A stretch of 64,000 nucleotides of DNA from assembly GCA_018697295.1 (NCBI GenBank), contig JABHTJ010000002.1, positions 162,955 to 226,954 of the forward strand, written 5' to 3'. The position numbers and the translations under genes are program-made. Below the pieces are notes generated by a model. That model ran no database searches, had not been told where the DNA came from, and was given only the letters and a program-made list of their open reading frames with translations. Positions within the stretch are counted from its first letter, which is position 1, and each line of letters starts with the position of its first letter. Source of the stretch: an archaeon. GTDB taxonomy: Archaea > Nanobdellota > Nanobdellia > Pacearchaeales > GW2011-AR1. This document shows positions 1 through 9,082 of the stretch, piece by piece.

Positions 1-586
1 CTTGTTCCATTGGTAATTGTCCTGCGATATCAACTAAACGGTTGTTATCAAGAACAATGACTGTGTCTACTGATTCACGTAATTCTTGGAGTCCAAATTC
101 TGCTTTGTCAATTCTTGCTCTTTCGGCTTCAAAAGGCATCGTCACTACGGCGATTACTACGGCTCCTGCTTCTTTTGCGAGTTGAGCAACTACTGGAATA
201 GATCCAGTTCCTGATCCTCCTCCCATTCCTGCTAGGACAAAAACCATGTCCGAATTCGAAACGGCTTTTTTCAAGTCAGTAAGGGATTCTTTTGCTGCTT
301 CTCGACCTCTCTTGGGATATCCTCCGCATCCAAGTCCTCTTGTTAATTCTTTTCCAATAAGGAGCTTTTCGTCGGACTTTGTAATCGATAAATGAAGTGC
401 ATCTGTATTAAGTGCATAAATTGTAGCACCGTTGATACCTTTGTTAAATAACCATGTGGCCATATTACACCCACAACCTCCACATCCAAAAACTTTAATG
501 TTAGCCTTTCCGGCTTTTAGTTCATCAAAATTAATCGAGTTAGCTTCTGAGTTTTGTATAGCTTCTTTTGCAAAATCTAATGGCAT
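1..586 (-). CDS. ftsZ: Cell division protein FtsZ (N-terminal part; runs off the window edge)
   Basis: Manual translation MPLDFAKEAIQ...IKVFGCGGCGCNM...ALNTDALHL...TRGLGCGGYP...AGMGGGSGTG...VTMPFEAE...VIVLDNNRL; tubulin/FtsZ signature; GGAGG upstream at 603-607 on minus strand. Confidence 0.95.
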   Translation of the reverse strand, partial: MPLDFAKEAIQNSEANSINFDELKAGKANIKVFGCGGCGCNMATWLFNKGINGATIYALNTDALHLSITKSDEKLLIGKELTRGLGCGGYPKRGREAAKESLTDLKKAVSNSDMVFVLAGMGGGSGTGSIPVVAQLAKEAGAVVIAVVTMPFEAERARIDKAEFGLQELRESVDTVIVLDNNRLVDIAGQLPMEQ

Positions 587-717
587 TTTTCTTTTTTGTT
601 AACCTCCTTTCAAATTTTTGAGTTTAATGAAATTTGAGCGATAATCTTCTGATTAACCCCCAGATTGTTAGGGATAGAAGTAATTTTTTCTTTAAAAATT
701 TATATGTGGTTAGAAGG

Positions 718-1740
718 TTATTCTAGCGGGTTTTCTTTTAGAAATTCTCGAATATTTTCTTTGAATTGTTCTAAATCTTGTTTTCTGATTTTTCCGCCTG
801 ACGCATTATAATGTCCGCCGGCAGCACTTTCGAGCAAATCTTTTATTCCTGCATTGAGTAAGTCTGCCATATTTATTTTCCCAGATTGACTTCGTGCACT
901 AAACGTTATTTTTTTCTCATCTCTAGAACTTGCGAAGATAAATATTTTTTTGAAGTTTTCTTCTTCTAAACTAATGCTTGTGACAATTCCTTTGACAGAT
1001 AATTTTGGTTCGAAATAATAAAATAATACTCCTCCTAAATCTTCTGCATTTTTCTCAAAGTCGCCAATTATTTTATTTGCTTCCTCCATTATTGGTTTAG
1101 AATATTTTTCTATAGATGACATATTGTTCTGGTCCGGTAGATTTTGAACCATTGAGAATGCTTTTTGTGGTTCTTCATTTAGGTAGAGAATTGCATTTCC
1201 TATTGGGAAGGCGACTCTTTGTTTAAATTCTTTTAAGCTCATTTGGGCATTGTCGAGAGCAGTTTTTATGAATTCATCATTTTCTGGATATAAATATCCC
1301 ACATCCATTACCACACCGACGAGAGCTAACCACTCTTTTCCTTTTGTTAATTCATATGCTGAACGGGCCGAAGGAATATATCCCCTATACATTGTCCTAT
1401 ATTCGTAAACTGAATCTGGAAGTGTTGCGTCTTTTGGATGATGGTCCATGAAAAAAATATCTTTATCTTGATATTTTTTTAAGATCGGCTCTGTTAATTT
1501 TGCGTTGAGGTCTGTTGTGATTATTTTATTGAATTCTTCGAGTTTGAAATCTTCAATATCTGAATAACTTCTCTTGAATGTAAATTGAGTAACTTTTGCT
1601 CCTTTTGTAATACAGTAATCGAAGAATAATGTTCCGCTCGTGAATCCATCTGGATCGTGATCAGTTATTAGTGCTATGTTGTCGTTGGAATTGATTTTAT
1701 CTATCCAATCTTGTGCCTGTGCTTGTTTTATTTCTGGCAT
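718..1740 (-). CDS. DHH/DHHA1 family phosphoesterase (RecJ/GAN-like)
   Basis: Motifs DHDPDG, TTD, MDHH, SARSQ and AGGHYNASG. Confidence 0.88.
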   Translation of the reverse strand: MPEIKQAQAQDWIDKINSNDNIALITDHDPDGFTSGTLFFDYCITKGAKVTQFTFKRSYSDIEDFKLEEFNKIITTDLNAKLTEPILKKYQDKDIFFMDHHPKDATLPDSVYEYRTMYRGYIPSARSAYELTKGKEWLALVGVVMDVGYLYPENDEFIKTALDNAQMSLKEFKQRVAFPIGNAILYLNEEPQKAFSMVQNLPDQNNMSSIEKYSKPIMEEANKIIGDFEKNAEDLGGVLFYYFEPKLSVKGIVTSISLEEENFKKIFIFASSRDEKKITFSARSQSGKINMADLLNAGIKDLLESAAGGHYNASGGKIRKQDLEQFKENIREFLKENPLE

Positions 1741-1741
1741 T

Positions 1742-2155
1742 TTATTGTAGTTCTCCTTTTTCTATTAGAAATTGGAGATATGGCGAAACTTCACTTTTCC
1801 ATTCATTTATTTTTTCTAAATCTAACCATTTAATTTCTTCAGTTGGGCTTATGGGTTTTATTTCTTCTTTATTTTTTAATCTAGCAAGATAACTTACTAA
1901 TAATATCGCCATTCTTTCTTTCGTTGTCGGATTTTTCCAAAGAATTTTTGGAGACAGGGATTTAATAATTTCTATTTCTCCATTAATTTCCTCTTTTACT
2001 TTTCTATGGCAAGCTTCTTCTAGATCTTCTATTCCCTCCTTCACAGTTCCTCCAGGGATTTTATAAAAATCATCTTTGGAATCTTTATTTACTAATAATT
2101 TTCCATCTTCGATAATTACTGGTCCTGATGCGATGATAAATGTTCCTTTGTACAT
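1742..2155 (-). CDS. NUDIX hydrolase
   Basis: PGGTVKEG...ACHRKVKEEING, a slightly degenerate Nudix box. Confidence 0.82.
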   Translation of the reverse strand: MYKGTFIIASGPVIIEDGKLLVNKDSKDDFYKIPGGTVKEGIEDLEEACHRKVKEEINGEIEIIKSLSPKILWKNPTTKERMAILLVSYLARLKNKEEIKPISPTEEIKWLDLEKINEWKSEVSPYLQFLIEKGELQ

Positions 2156-2225
2156 AAAAAAAAAGAGTTTTGAGAGTATATATTATTAATGGATACCTTT
2201 ATATTTTGGTTAACTATGTTCTTAT

Positions 2226-2573
2226 ATGAAAAAAGAAATGTGTATTTTTTGCGAGATAATTTCTGGAAATGTTGAAGCAGAGAAGGTCTATGATGGAAAA
2301 AATTTTATTGTGATGAAAGATGCGAATCCTCAAACCACTGGACATAGCCTAGTTATTCCGAAAAAACATTGTAAAGATTTCTTGTGTCTTGACAAAAAAT
2401 TTTACGCCGAATTTTTAGAGACTGTTAAATTTATTACGCCGAGAATTTTGGAACAAGTTGGTGCGACCGATTTTAATTTATTGGTTAATGATGGGAAACA
2501 TGCAGGACAGGCAGTTAATCATTTACATATGCATATTATTCCTAGATTTGAGGGTGATGGATTTAAGTTTTGA
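2226..2573 (+). CDS. HIT family nucleotide hydrolase
   Basis: CIFC at N-terminus, GHSLVIPKKH, HLHMHIIPR histidine triad. Confidence 0.95.
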   Translation: MKKEMCIFCEIISGNVEAEKVYDGKNFIVMKDANPQTTGHSLVIPKKHCKDFLCLDKKFYAEFLETVKFITPRILEQVGATDFNLLVNDGKHAGQAVNHLHMHIIPRFEGDGFKF

Positions 2574-2614
2574 ATGTTGGAAATATTTATTAAGGAAATT
2601 AACTAAGGTTTTGT

Positions 2615-4765
2615 ATGGAACAAAAAAAGGTGATTAATTTTATTTTGATTACAATTTTGAGTGTTGCAGTTATTATTATTTTATTGGCAAATTTTGGCGT
2701 TGATGTTTTTAGTAGTCCGAGGATGGAAGAAAAATATCTAGAATCTTTTGCTGAAACTGAAAAAGGAGTTATCTTGAATGCAGAAGTTTCAGATCTTTCC
2801 TCGACACTTATTTATTCTACGAATATAGCTAAAGATGAAATTCATACCATTGGAGTTTATCTTAATGGGGAAAAACAAGATTTGAATTTGAAATTTCATG
2901 AAGATTTTAAACAGCTAGATACAGGTGTTTATCTTGATCCGAAGAAATTAATCGACGGAAATAATGATGTTTACTTAAAAATTCTTTTGAAGAATAGAAA
3001 GACTTTTGAAGATCGGCGGCTGTTGAGATTTGATTTAAGTGGTCCAGAAATTATTTCTATGGATACTGCAGATGATGCAAGTTATCAAATTATTGATGTT
3101 ATCGATGTCGCAGAGATTAGTGCGGTATATTATCTGGACGGTATTGGGACTTCAATTGATTCTTTAATAGACTTGGGAAGTGGAAGATATAAGCTCGTAG
3201 TAGGAGATATGGGTCTTGAAGACATTGTTTATTATTTAGCGGATGTGAATGGAAATAAAAATGCTTATTCTCCTCAGAGTCTGGTTGGCGGATTTGACCG
3301 AATTGAGAAATTAGTTCCTTCGATGAACCTTCCTCAAGAAATTAATCCACAATTGATTTCTTTTGAAGATATTATCCAAGTAACCAAATTTGGTGTAACT
3401 GAGGAAGGTGAAACTATTGATCTATCGTTGAGCCCTGCATCTTGTGAATATCGTGCAAAGTTTGTTTCGTTTTTCTTGTATGATGACTATTCTTTAGAAA
3501 CTGGATTTGCTCGAGCACATACCAATCTTAACATGATTTATGGGGGATATATTTTATCAATTAACCGTTTTAATCAACAATTAGTTCCTACCGATTATTC
3601 TCCCCTCAGTTCCCAATTGATTGTTCCCGGAGATTATTATTTGGTAGGTCTTGATAAAAATAACCTTGGTCCATTTGAAGGCATTGTAGAGGAAGATTAT
3701 GATGTGAGTTATTACACTGACGAGAATTTAGTTATTCATGAAATTCATATCCCTAATGGTGGTTTTAGGGTAACTGATAACCATTACTTCTTTGAGCGAA
3801 TTAAGGCATTTAATGATGGTTCTTTAACAACCTCTGTTGAAGGATTTGTTGAAGCTGTTACAAATCCTATTGATAGGGAATTGATTTTGATTGCAGATTC
3901 TCTTAGCGATGCGGCCGGATCTACGCGTCCACGGGAAGGGATGATGCTGTTGTCTAATACTAATTCTGTTGTCGTTGGTCATGAAATGGCACATAGTCTT
4001 GGACTTGGACATTGGAATGCAAATGGTCCTGGAGTATCTGCAGTAAATCTTATGGATACTAATCCTTATCCTAGCACTCGATTGGAATGGAATCAGCTTG
4101 AGCGAATTCATGCTGCTCTTTGTGGAGATCCTGCAAATAAAATTTCGTTAGAGGGAAGATATGGTGGTTTTGGAGTAAATCTTGATTATGAGGGATTTCT
4201 TGCAGGAGATGGTACCAATAAATGTGGTAATGGTATGATTGCTAAAAATGAGCAAGATGATTGGGAATGGTGTGAAGATAGTTTTGAGGAAGTTCCGGTT
4301 TGGGGAAGTGAAGTTTGTCCAGATATGTATTCTCGTCCTATTGTAAAATGGCCGAGCGTTTATAGTTGTAGTTCAAGTTGCCTTTGTTCTGGGGGTGGAA
4401 CTGGAAGTGAACCTCCTGCTCCTGGTACGGGAGACTCTGTTCCTCCAGGTGGTGGTGGTAATCCTGGTGGCGGGCCTAGCACTCCTCCTGGCGGGCCTCA
4501 AGGAAAAGATTGTGCAACTTGCAAGCCCGAGCCAGTTTTTGAACAAAATCCAGATAGTTTTTTAATGGAACCTACCGGAGAATACGAATGTCCTGATAAA
4601 GATTGTCCGAATGGTGCTGGGCCTAATGGAGAAATTGTTGAGATGGAATGTAAACCTGATATGAGTCAATTATCTCCCGGACAACCACCCTATTCATGTA
4701 AGTGTCAACCTGCCACTGGAAAGAAACCAAAAGAAGCTTCGGATAGATCTTTTGAAGAATTTTAA
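2615..4765 (+). CDS. Membrane-anchored metzincin-like zinc metalloprotease with Cys/Pro/Gly-rich C-terminus (paralog 1)
   Basis: N-terminal TM helix; HEMAHSLGLGH (HExxHxxGxxH) followed by NLM Met-turn; Cys-rich tail. Confidence 0.8.
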   Translation: MEQKKVINFILITILSVAVIIILLANFGVDVFSSPRMEEKYLESFAETEKGVILNAEVSDLSSTLIYSTNIAKDEIHTIGVYLNGEKQDLNLKFHEDFKQLDTGVYLDPKKLIDGNNDVYLKILLKNRKTFEDRRLLRFDLSGPEIISMDTADDASYQIIDVIDVAEISAVYYLDGIGTSIDSLIDLGSGRYKLVVGDMGLEDIVYYLADVNGNKNAYSPQSLVGGFDRIEKLVPSMNLPQEINPQLISFEDIIQVTKFGVTEEGETIDLSLSPASCEYRAKFVSFFLYDDYSLETGFARAHTNLNMIYGGYILSINRFNQQLVPTDYSPLSSQLIVPGDYYLVGLDKNNLGPFEGIVEEDYDVSYYTDENLVIHEIHIPNGGFRVTDNHYFFERIKAFNDGSLTTSVEGFVEAVTNPIDRELILIADSLSDAAGSTRPREGMMLLSNTNSVVVGHEMAHSLGLGHWNANGPGVSAVNLMDTNPYPSTRLEWNQLERIHAALCGDPANKISLEGRYGGFGVNLDYEGFLAGDGTNKCGNGMIAKNEQDDWEWCEDSFEEVPVWGSEVCPDMYSRPIVKWPSVYSCSSSCLCSGGGTGSEPPAPGTGDSVPPGGGGNPGGGPSTPPGGPQGKDCATCKPEPVFEQNPDSFLMEPTGEYECPDKDCPNGAGPNGEIVEMECKPDMSQLSPGQPPYSCKCQPATGKKPKEASDRSFEEF

Positions 4766-4848
4766 TGTCCTAATGCTGAAGAAAGTTACTATTTATTTAA
4801 TATTTGAATCTTAGAAATGTTTATTAATGTGCCTAGCTAGAATTTTTT

Positions 4849-6963
4849 ATGAGACAAAAAAAGGCGATTAATTTTATTTTGATTACAATTTTGATTGTTG
4901 CAGTTATTTTTATTTTGTTGGCAAATTTTGGCGTAGATGTTTTTAACAGTCCTCGAGGTGGAGAGATTTATATAAATTCTTTTAATGAAATTGAACCTGG
5001 CGTTATTTTAAATGGGGCGACCCCAGACATTATTTCTTCGATAGCTTATTCAACAAATCTTGTGGAGAGTGACGTAAAAAATATTGAATTTTATATTAAT
5101 GGTGAATTGCAAAATATTCGTCCAGAATTTTTTGAAGAAATTGAACAATTAGACACTGGTTTTTATCTCAATCCAAAAAATCTTTTAGATGGGAAAAATG
5201 AATTTTATTTGAAAATTTTTCTAAAAAATCGCAAAATTCTTGAAAATAAGGAAATTTATATTTATGATTTGCAAGGTCCAGAAATTATTTCTATGGAAAC
5301 TGCCAAAGATAAAAGTTATCAAATTATCGAGGTTTCGGATACGGAGGAAATAAAAATTCTTTATTATGAGAGTGGTGAGTCACTCGAGATAGAGACCTTA
5401 ATTGAACTAGGAAGTGGAAAATATAAAATTTTATTTGGCGGATTAAATCCAGATAATTTTGTTTATTATTTATTCGATGAACATGAGAATACGGGTATTT
5501 ATTCTACAAAAAGCTTGAATGGTGGCAGGTCAAATGTTAAAAATTTAGTTTCGGCAATGAATTTTCCAAAAGAACTAAACCAAGAATTGATTACTGCAGG
5601 GGATGTGGCTTCTGTTTCTGATGACGAAACTTTAAATCTTCTTTTGAGTCCGCCTTCTTGTGAATATCGTGCAAAGTTTGTTTCATTTTATCTTTATGAC
5701 GATTCTCCGGGAAACGAGGAATTTAATCGAGGACTTGCGAATCTTAATCAAGTTTATGGCCAATATCTCACTTCTATTAATCGATTTAATCAACAATTAC
5801 TTCCGACCGATTATGCCCCTATCACTCCCGCCCTCCTTAATTCAGGAGATTATTATCTTATTGGAATTGAACAAGATAATTTAGGTCATTTTGGTGGAGT
5901 TTTGGAAAGAGAACATTATTATGATGAGCAATATGATCCTGAGCATGTATTTCCAATTTATACTGGTGGTGTTCGGATTGTTAATTATGCGGCACTTTTT
6001 TCATTAATCGATTCTTTTAATGGGGGTTCTTTAACTCCTCCTACTGATGGGACTGTCGGAGGAATTGCTCAGGCAGTCGTTAATCCTGATGATAAGGAAT
6101 TAATTCTTATTGCGGATTCAATGGTTGGAGGAGATGGAATGACGGCTGCTAAAAGGGGTATGATGATACTTACAGATACTGTTCCTCGTGTTGTTGGGCA
6201 TGAAATGGGGCATAGTCTTGGACTTGGACATTGGGATGTTACTGGCGTAGATTCTTCAAATTATAATTTAATGGACGTTCCCACTATGACTGCTGGATTG
6301 GAATGGAATCAACTTGAAAGAATTTCTGCTGCCCTTTGTGGAGACCCTGCCAATAAAATTTCTCTGGAAGGAAGATATGGGAAATTCGGAGTGAATATGG
6401 CTTATGAAAATGGAAATCCTAATGATTGTGGAAATGGTTTGATTGCAAAAAACGGAAATAATGATTGGGAATGGTGTGAAGACAGTTTTTACGAGGTTCC
6501 TTCTATTTGGCAAAGTGATGAAATTTGTCCAGATATGTATTCTCGACCAATTGTGAAATATCCTAGTGTTTATGCATGTGATAATAGCTGTCTTTGTTCT
6601 GGTGGAGGGACTGGGAGTGAACCTCCTGCACCTGGGACTGGAGATTCTGTTCCTCCTGGTGGAGGAACTGGAGGCGGCGGAGGTCCGAGTACTCCTGGCC
6701 CTAAACCTAAAGTATGTGAAGATTGTAAACCTAAATTAACCATTGCAGGAAATGCTGGCGGTTTTGGAATTCATGCAGAGTTTACCTGTCCAGATAAAGA
6801 CTGTCCAAATCTTGTTGGGCCCAATGGCGGAATTATAGAGCAAGTATGTAAACCAGATACAAGTCAACTATCTCCTGGTCAAGCTCCTTACTCCTGTAAG
6901 TGTGAGGGAGTTGGGGAAGAGACGATAAAAGATGCTTCAGATACATCTTTTGAAGAATTGTAA
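4849..6963 (+). CDS. Membrane-anchored metzincin-like zinc metalloprotease (paralog 2, tandem duplicate)
   Basis: HEMGHSLGLGH plus NLM; collinear with 2615..4765. Confidence 0.8.
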   Translation: MRQKKAINFILITILIVAVIFILLANFGVDVFNSPRGGEIYINSFNEIEPGVILNGATPDIISSIAYSTNLVESDVKNIEFYINGELQNIRPEFFEEIEQLDTGFYLNPKNLLDGKNEFYLKIFLKNRKILENKEIYIYDLQGPEIISMETAKDKSYQIIEVSDTEEIKILYYESGESLEIETLIELGSGKYKILFGGLNPDNFVYYLFDEHENTGIYSTKSLNGGRSNVKNLVSAMNFPKELNQELITAGDVASVSDDETLNLLLSPPSCEYRAKFVSFYLYDDSPGNEEFNRGLANLNQVYGQYLTSINRFNQQLLPTDYAPITPALLNSGDYYLIGIEQDNLGHFGGVLEREHYYDEQYDPEHVFPIYTGGVRIVNYAALFSLIDSFNGGSLTPPTDGTVGGIAQAVVNPDDKELILIADSMVGGDGMTAAKRGMMILTDTVPRVVGHEMGHSLGLGHWDVTGVDSSNYNLMDVPTMTAGLEWNQLERISAALCGDPANKISLEGRYGKFGVNMAYENGNPNDCGNGLIAKNGNNDWEWCEDSFYEVPSIWQSDEICPDMYSRPIVKYPSVYACDNSCLCSGGGTGSEPPAPGTGDSVPPGGGTGGGGGPSTPGPKPKVCEDCKPKLTIAGNAGGFGIHAEFTCPDKDCPNLVGPNGGIIEQVCKPDTSQLSPGQAPYSCKCEGVGEETIKDASDTSFEEL

Positions 6964-6966
6964 TTC

Positions 6967-7230
6967 TTATCTTCTTTTTGAGTGGTCTAATCTTTGAGAA
7001 ACTTTGCCTGCGATAGTTTCTAATTCTGGTAAATGTCTTATAGATTCTTTTGCCTGAGAATTAAAATGGCCCCTATAATGTACTTCTAATGAATCTTCTG
7101 GATTTTCTCCACGTTTTAATAATGGTTTTATTGTTCCACTAAAGCGGTAAGGTATGACTTTAGCTCCACGTTCTAGGAGCTGGGGGCTCACTTCCAGTTC
7201 TGTAGAAATTGCGAGATATCTTTTTATCAT
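6967..7230 (-). CDS. Hypothetical protein
   Basis: 87-aa ORF filling the gap downstream of aspS; no motif recognised. Confidence 0.45.
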   Translation of the reverse strand: MIKRYLAISTELEVSPQLLERGAKVIPYRFSGTIKPLLKRGENPEDSLEVHYRGHFNSQAKESIRHLPELETIAGKVSQRLDHSKRR

Positions 7231-7282
7231 GCAGTTTTATATTTTTTTAATGTTTTTAAAATTAATCGTTCTCTAATATGTT

Positions 7283-8560
7283 TTATGGACTTAATCTATC
7301 TCTGTCTCTGGGGAAAAGGGTAACTTCTCGGATATTCTCAATTCCAAGCATAAGCATAGTTATTCGTTCTAGTCCGAGAGCCCATCCTGCGTGTGGTGGT
7401 GCACCATATTTGAAACTATTGATATATTCTTTGAAGTTTTTTGGGTCCATTCCGTTTGCTTTGAGTTGTTTTTTGAGAAGTTCTGGTTCATGAATTCTTT
7501 GTCCTCCTGAGGAAATTTCGAGTCCTTTCCAAATAGCATCGAAACCTTTTGAGTTTTCTCCATCAGGCATAATATAGAATGGTTTTCCTTTAATTGGCCA
7601 ATCAGTTACAAAAACTATTGTGTCAGGAAATAAATCTCCCAATTTTTTTTCTGCTTCTCCAGATAAATCATGTTCTGGAATTTTGATTTTTTCTTTTTTC
7701 ATTAACTTTGCAACTTCATCGAATGTCAGATATTTTGTTTTTGGAATTTTTAGATTAACTTTTAAAAATTCTAATTCTTCTGAATTTTGATCCAATACTC
7801 GTTGAATCATATATTTCATGCACTCTGCTAGAACTTTCATAACGTCTTTATCGTCGGCAAATGCCTCTTCATAATCTAGTTGTCTGGATTCGTTTAGATG
7901 TCTTAAGGTGTTGTGTTTTTCTGCTCTCCATGCAGTGAAAATTGCAAATACTTTTTCCATTGAACAGGCGAGCATTTGTTTATAGAGTTGGCAACTTTGA
8001 GATAAGTAAGCAGATTTTTCAAAATATTTAATTTCAAAAACATCTGTTCCACCTTCACTACTTGCTCCAATGATTGCCGGAAATATTGCTTCGATTGTTT
8101 CGTTTTTTGTCATGAATTCTCTAAATGCTTGAAGAATTGTTGATTGTACTCTGAAAATGCTTTGTGCTTTTTTAGAATGTAAATCTAAGAATCTATTGTC
8201 AATTCTGTTTGCAAGGTCTGACTTAGAATAATCTGATGCGTCTACTGGTAATGGTTCTTCTGCTTTGGCTATTATTGTAATCGATTCAGGTAATAATTCT
8301 TTTCCCGATTTTGCTTGTTTTGAATCTTGGATTGTTCCTACAACTTCTATTGCAGATTCTCTTGTGAATGACGTCATTTCATCGAAAACTGTTGAAGCAG
8401 TTTTTCCATTTATTCCAGTTATTTGAATTCTTCCAGTTCTATCCTTTAGCACTATGAATCTTACTTTTTTTAAATCTCGAGAATCGTGAATCCAGCCTTT
8501 TAGTAAAACTTTTGTATTTTCCTTTTTTTGAAGTGCATCTTTGATGAGTGTTCTTTCCAT
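7283..8560 (-). CDS. aspS: Aspartate--tRNA ligase, archaeal type
   Basis: OB-fold N-terminus, SEGGT, YLSQSCQLYKQ, WRAE, EISSGGQRIH, GAPPHAGWALGLER. Confidence 0.95.
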   Translation of the reverse strand: MERTLIKDALQKKENTKVLLKGWIHDSRDLKKVRFIVLKDRTGRIQITGINGKTASTVFDEMTSFTRESAIEVVGTIQDSKQAKSGKELLPESITIIAKAEEPLPVDASDYSKSDLANRIDNRFLDLHSKKAQSIFRVQSTILQAFREFMTKNETIEAIFPAIIGASSEGGTDVFEIKYFEKSAYLSQSCQLYKQMLACSMEKVFAIFTAWRAEKHNTLRHLNESRQLDYEEAFADDKDVMKVLAECMKYMIQRVLDQNSEELEFLKVNLKIPKTKYLTFDEVAKLMKKEKIKIPEHDLSGEAEKKLGDLFPDTIVFVTDWPIKGKPFYIMPDGENSKGFDAIWKGLEISSGGQRIHEPELLKKQLKANGMDPKNFKEYINSFKYGAPPHAGWALGLERITMLMLGIENIREVTLFPRDRDRLSP

Positions 8561-8642
8561 ATGATTTTATTGTTGAACTAGTTTATAAGTTTTGATATTT
8601 TATTATGTAAAGATTTATTAATGGAAAAAAAGTCAATTTAAT

Positions 8643-8876
8643 ATGGATACAAAAGATTTAGAAAATGCGATTGATTCTGCGAAGAATGTTGGCGAGCCTG
8701 CAAAAGAGGATGTTGCTCCAAAAATGTCTAAGGAAGAAGAAATCGGATTTCATAAGGGTTCTGTTAATACGCTCGTTGCTGAGAGAGGAGAACTTGTGAA
8801 GATGGTTTCAAACGTTGAAGTTCTCTTGAAGGCTCATGTTGATCGATTGAAGGAACTTGGAATTGAATTCAAGTAA
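8643..8876 (+). CDS. Small coiled-coil hypothetical protein
   Basis: 77 aa; TATA-like TTTATTAA about 22 nt upstream; heptad-like C-terminus. Confidence 0.7.
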   Translation: MDTKDLENAIDSAKNVGEPAKEDVAPKMSKEEEIGFHKGSVNTLVAERGELVKMVSNVEVLLKAHVDRLKELGIEFK

Positions 8877-8920
8877 TTTATTTTGAAAAGATTTTTATAG
8901 TCTTTTTTGTTTTAAACTCT

Positions 8921-9082
8921 ATGGATCAAAAAAATAGGAGATTTTTAATTTCTGGAACTTCTGCTGCGATTGGTGCTGCTCTTGGTGCCGTTAGTGGATC
9001 TTCTTCTTGGATTGTCGTTGCGATCGTAGCTGTGTTTTTTGCACTTTTTGCGACGTGGATTATTAATGGAATGGTTCAGTAA
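8921..9082 (+). CDS. Small 53-aa membrane protein (not in ORF track)
   Basis: MDQKNRRFLISGTSAAIGAALGAVSGSSSWIVVAIVAVFFALFATWIINGMVQ*; TTTATA box about 23 nt upstream; ends flush with gatE stop. Confidence 0.7.
   Translation: MDQKNRRFLISGTSAAIGAALGAVSGSSSWIVVAIVAVFFALFATWIINGMVQ

Noticed and set aside
2615-6963. Diversity-generating retroelement template/variable repeat pair between the protease paralogs
   Set aside because: No reverse transcriptase in the window; differences in shared blocks look mostly synonymous and are not adenine-specific
8933-8950. NRRFLI as a Tat signal
   Set aside because: Spacing does not match S/T-R-R-x-F-L and there is no passenger domain
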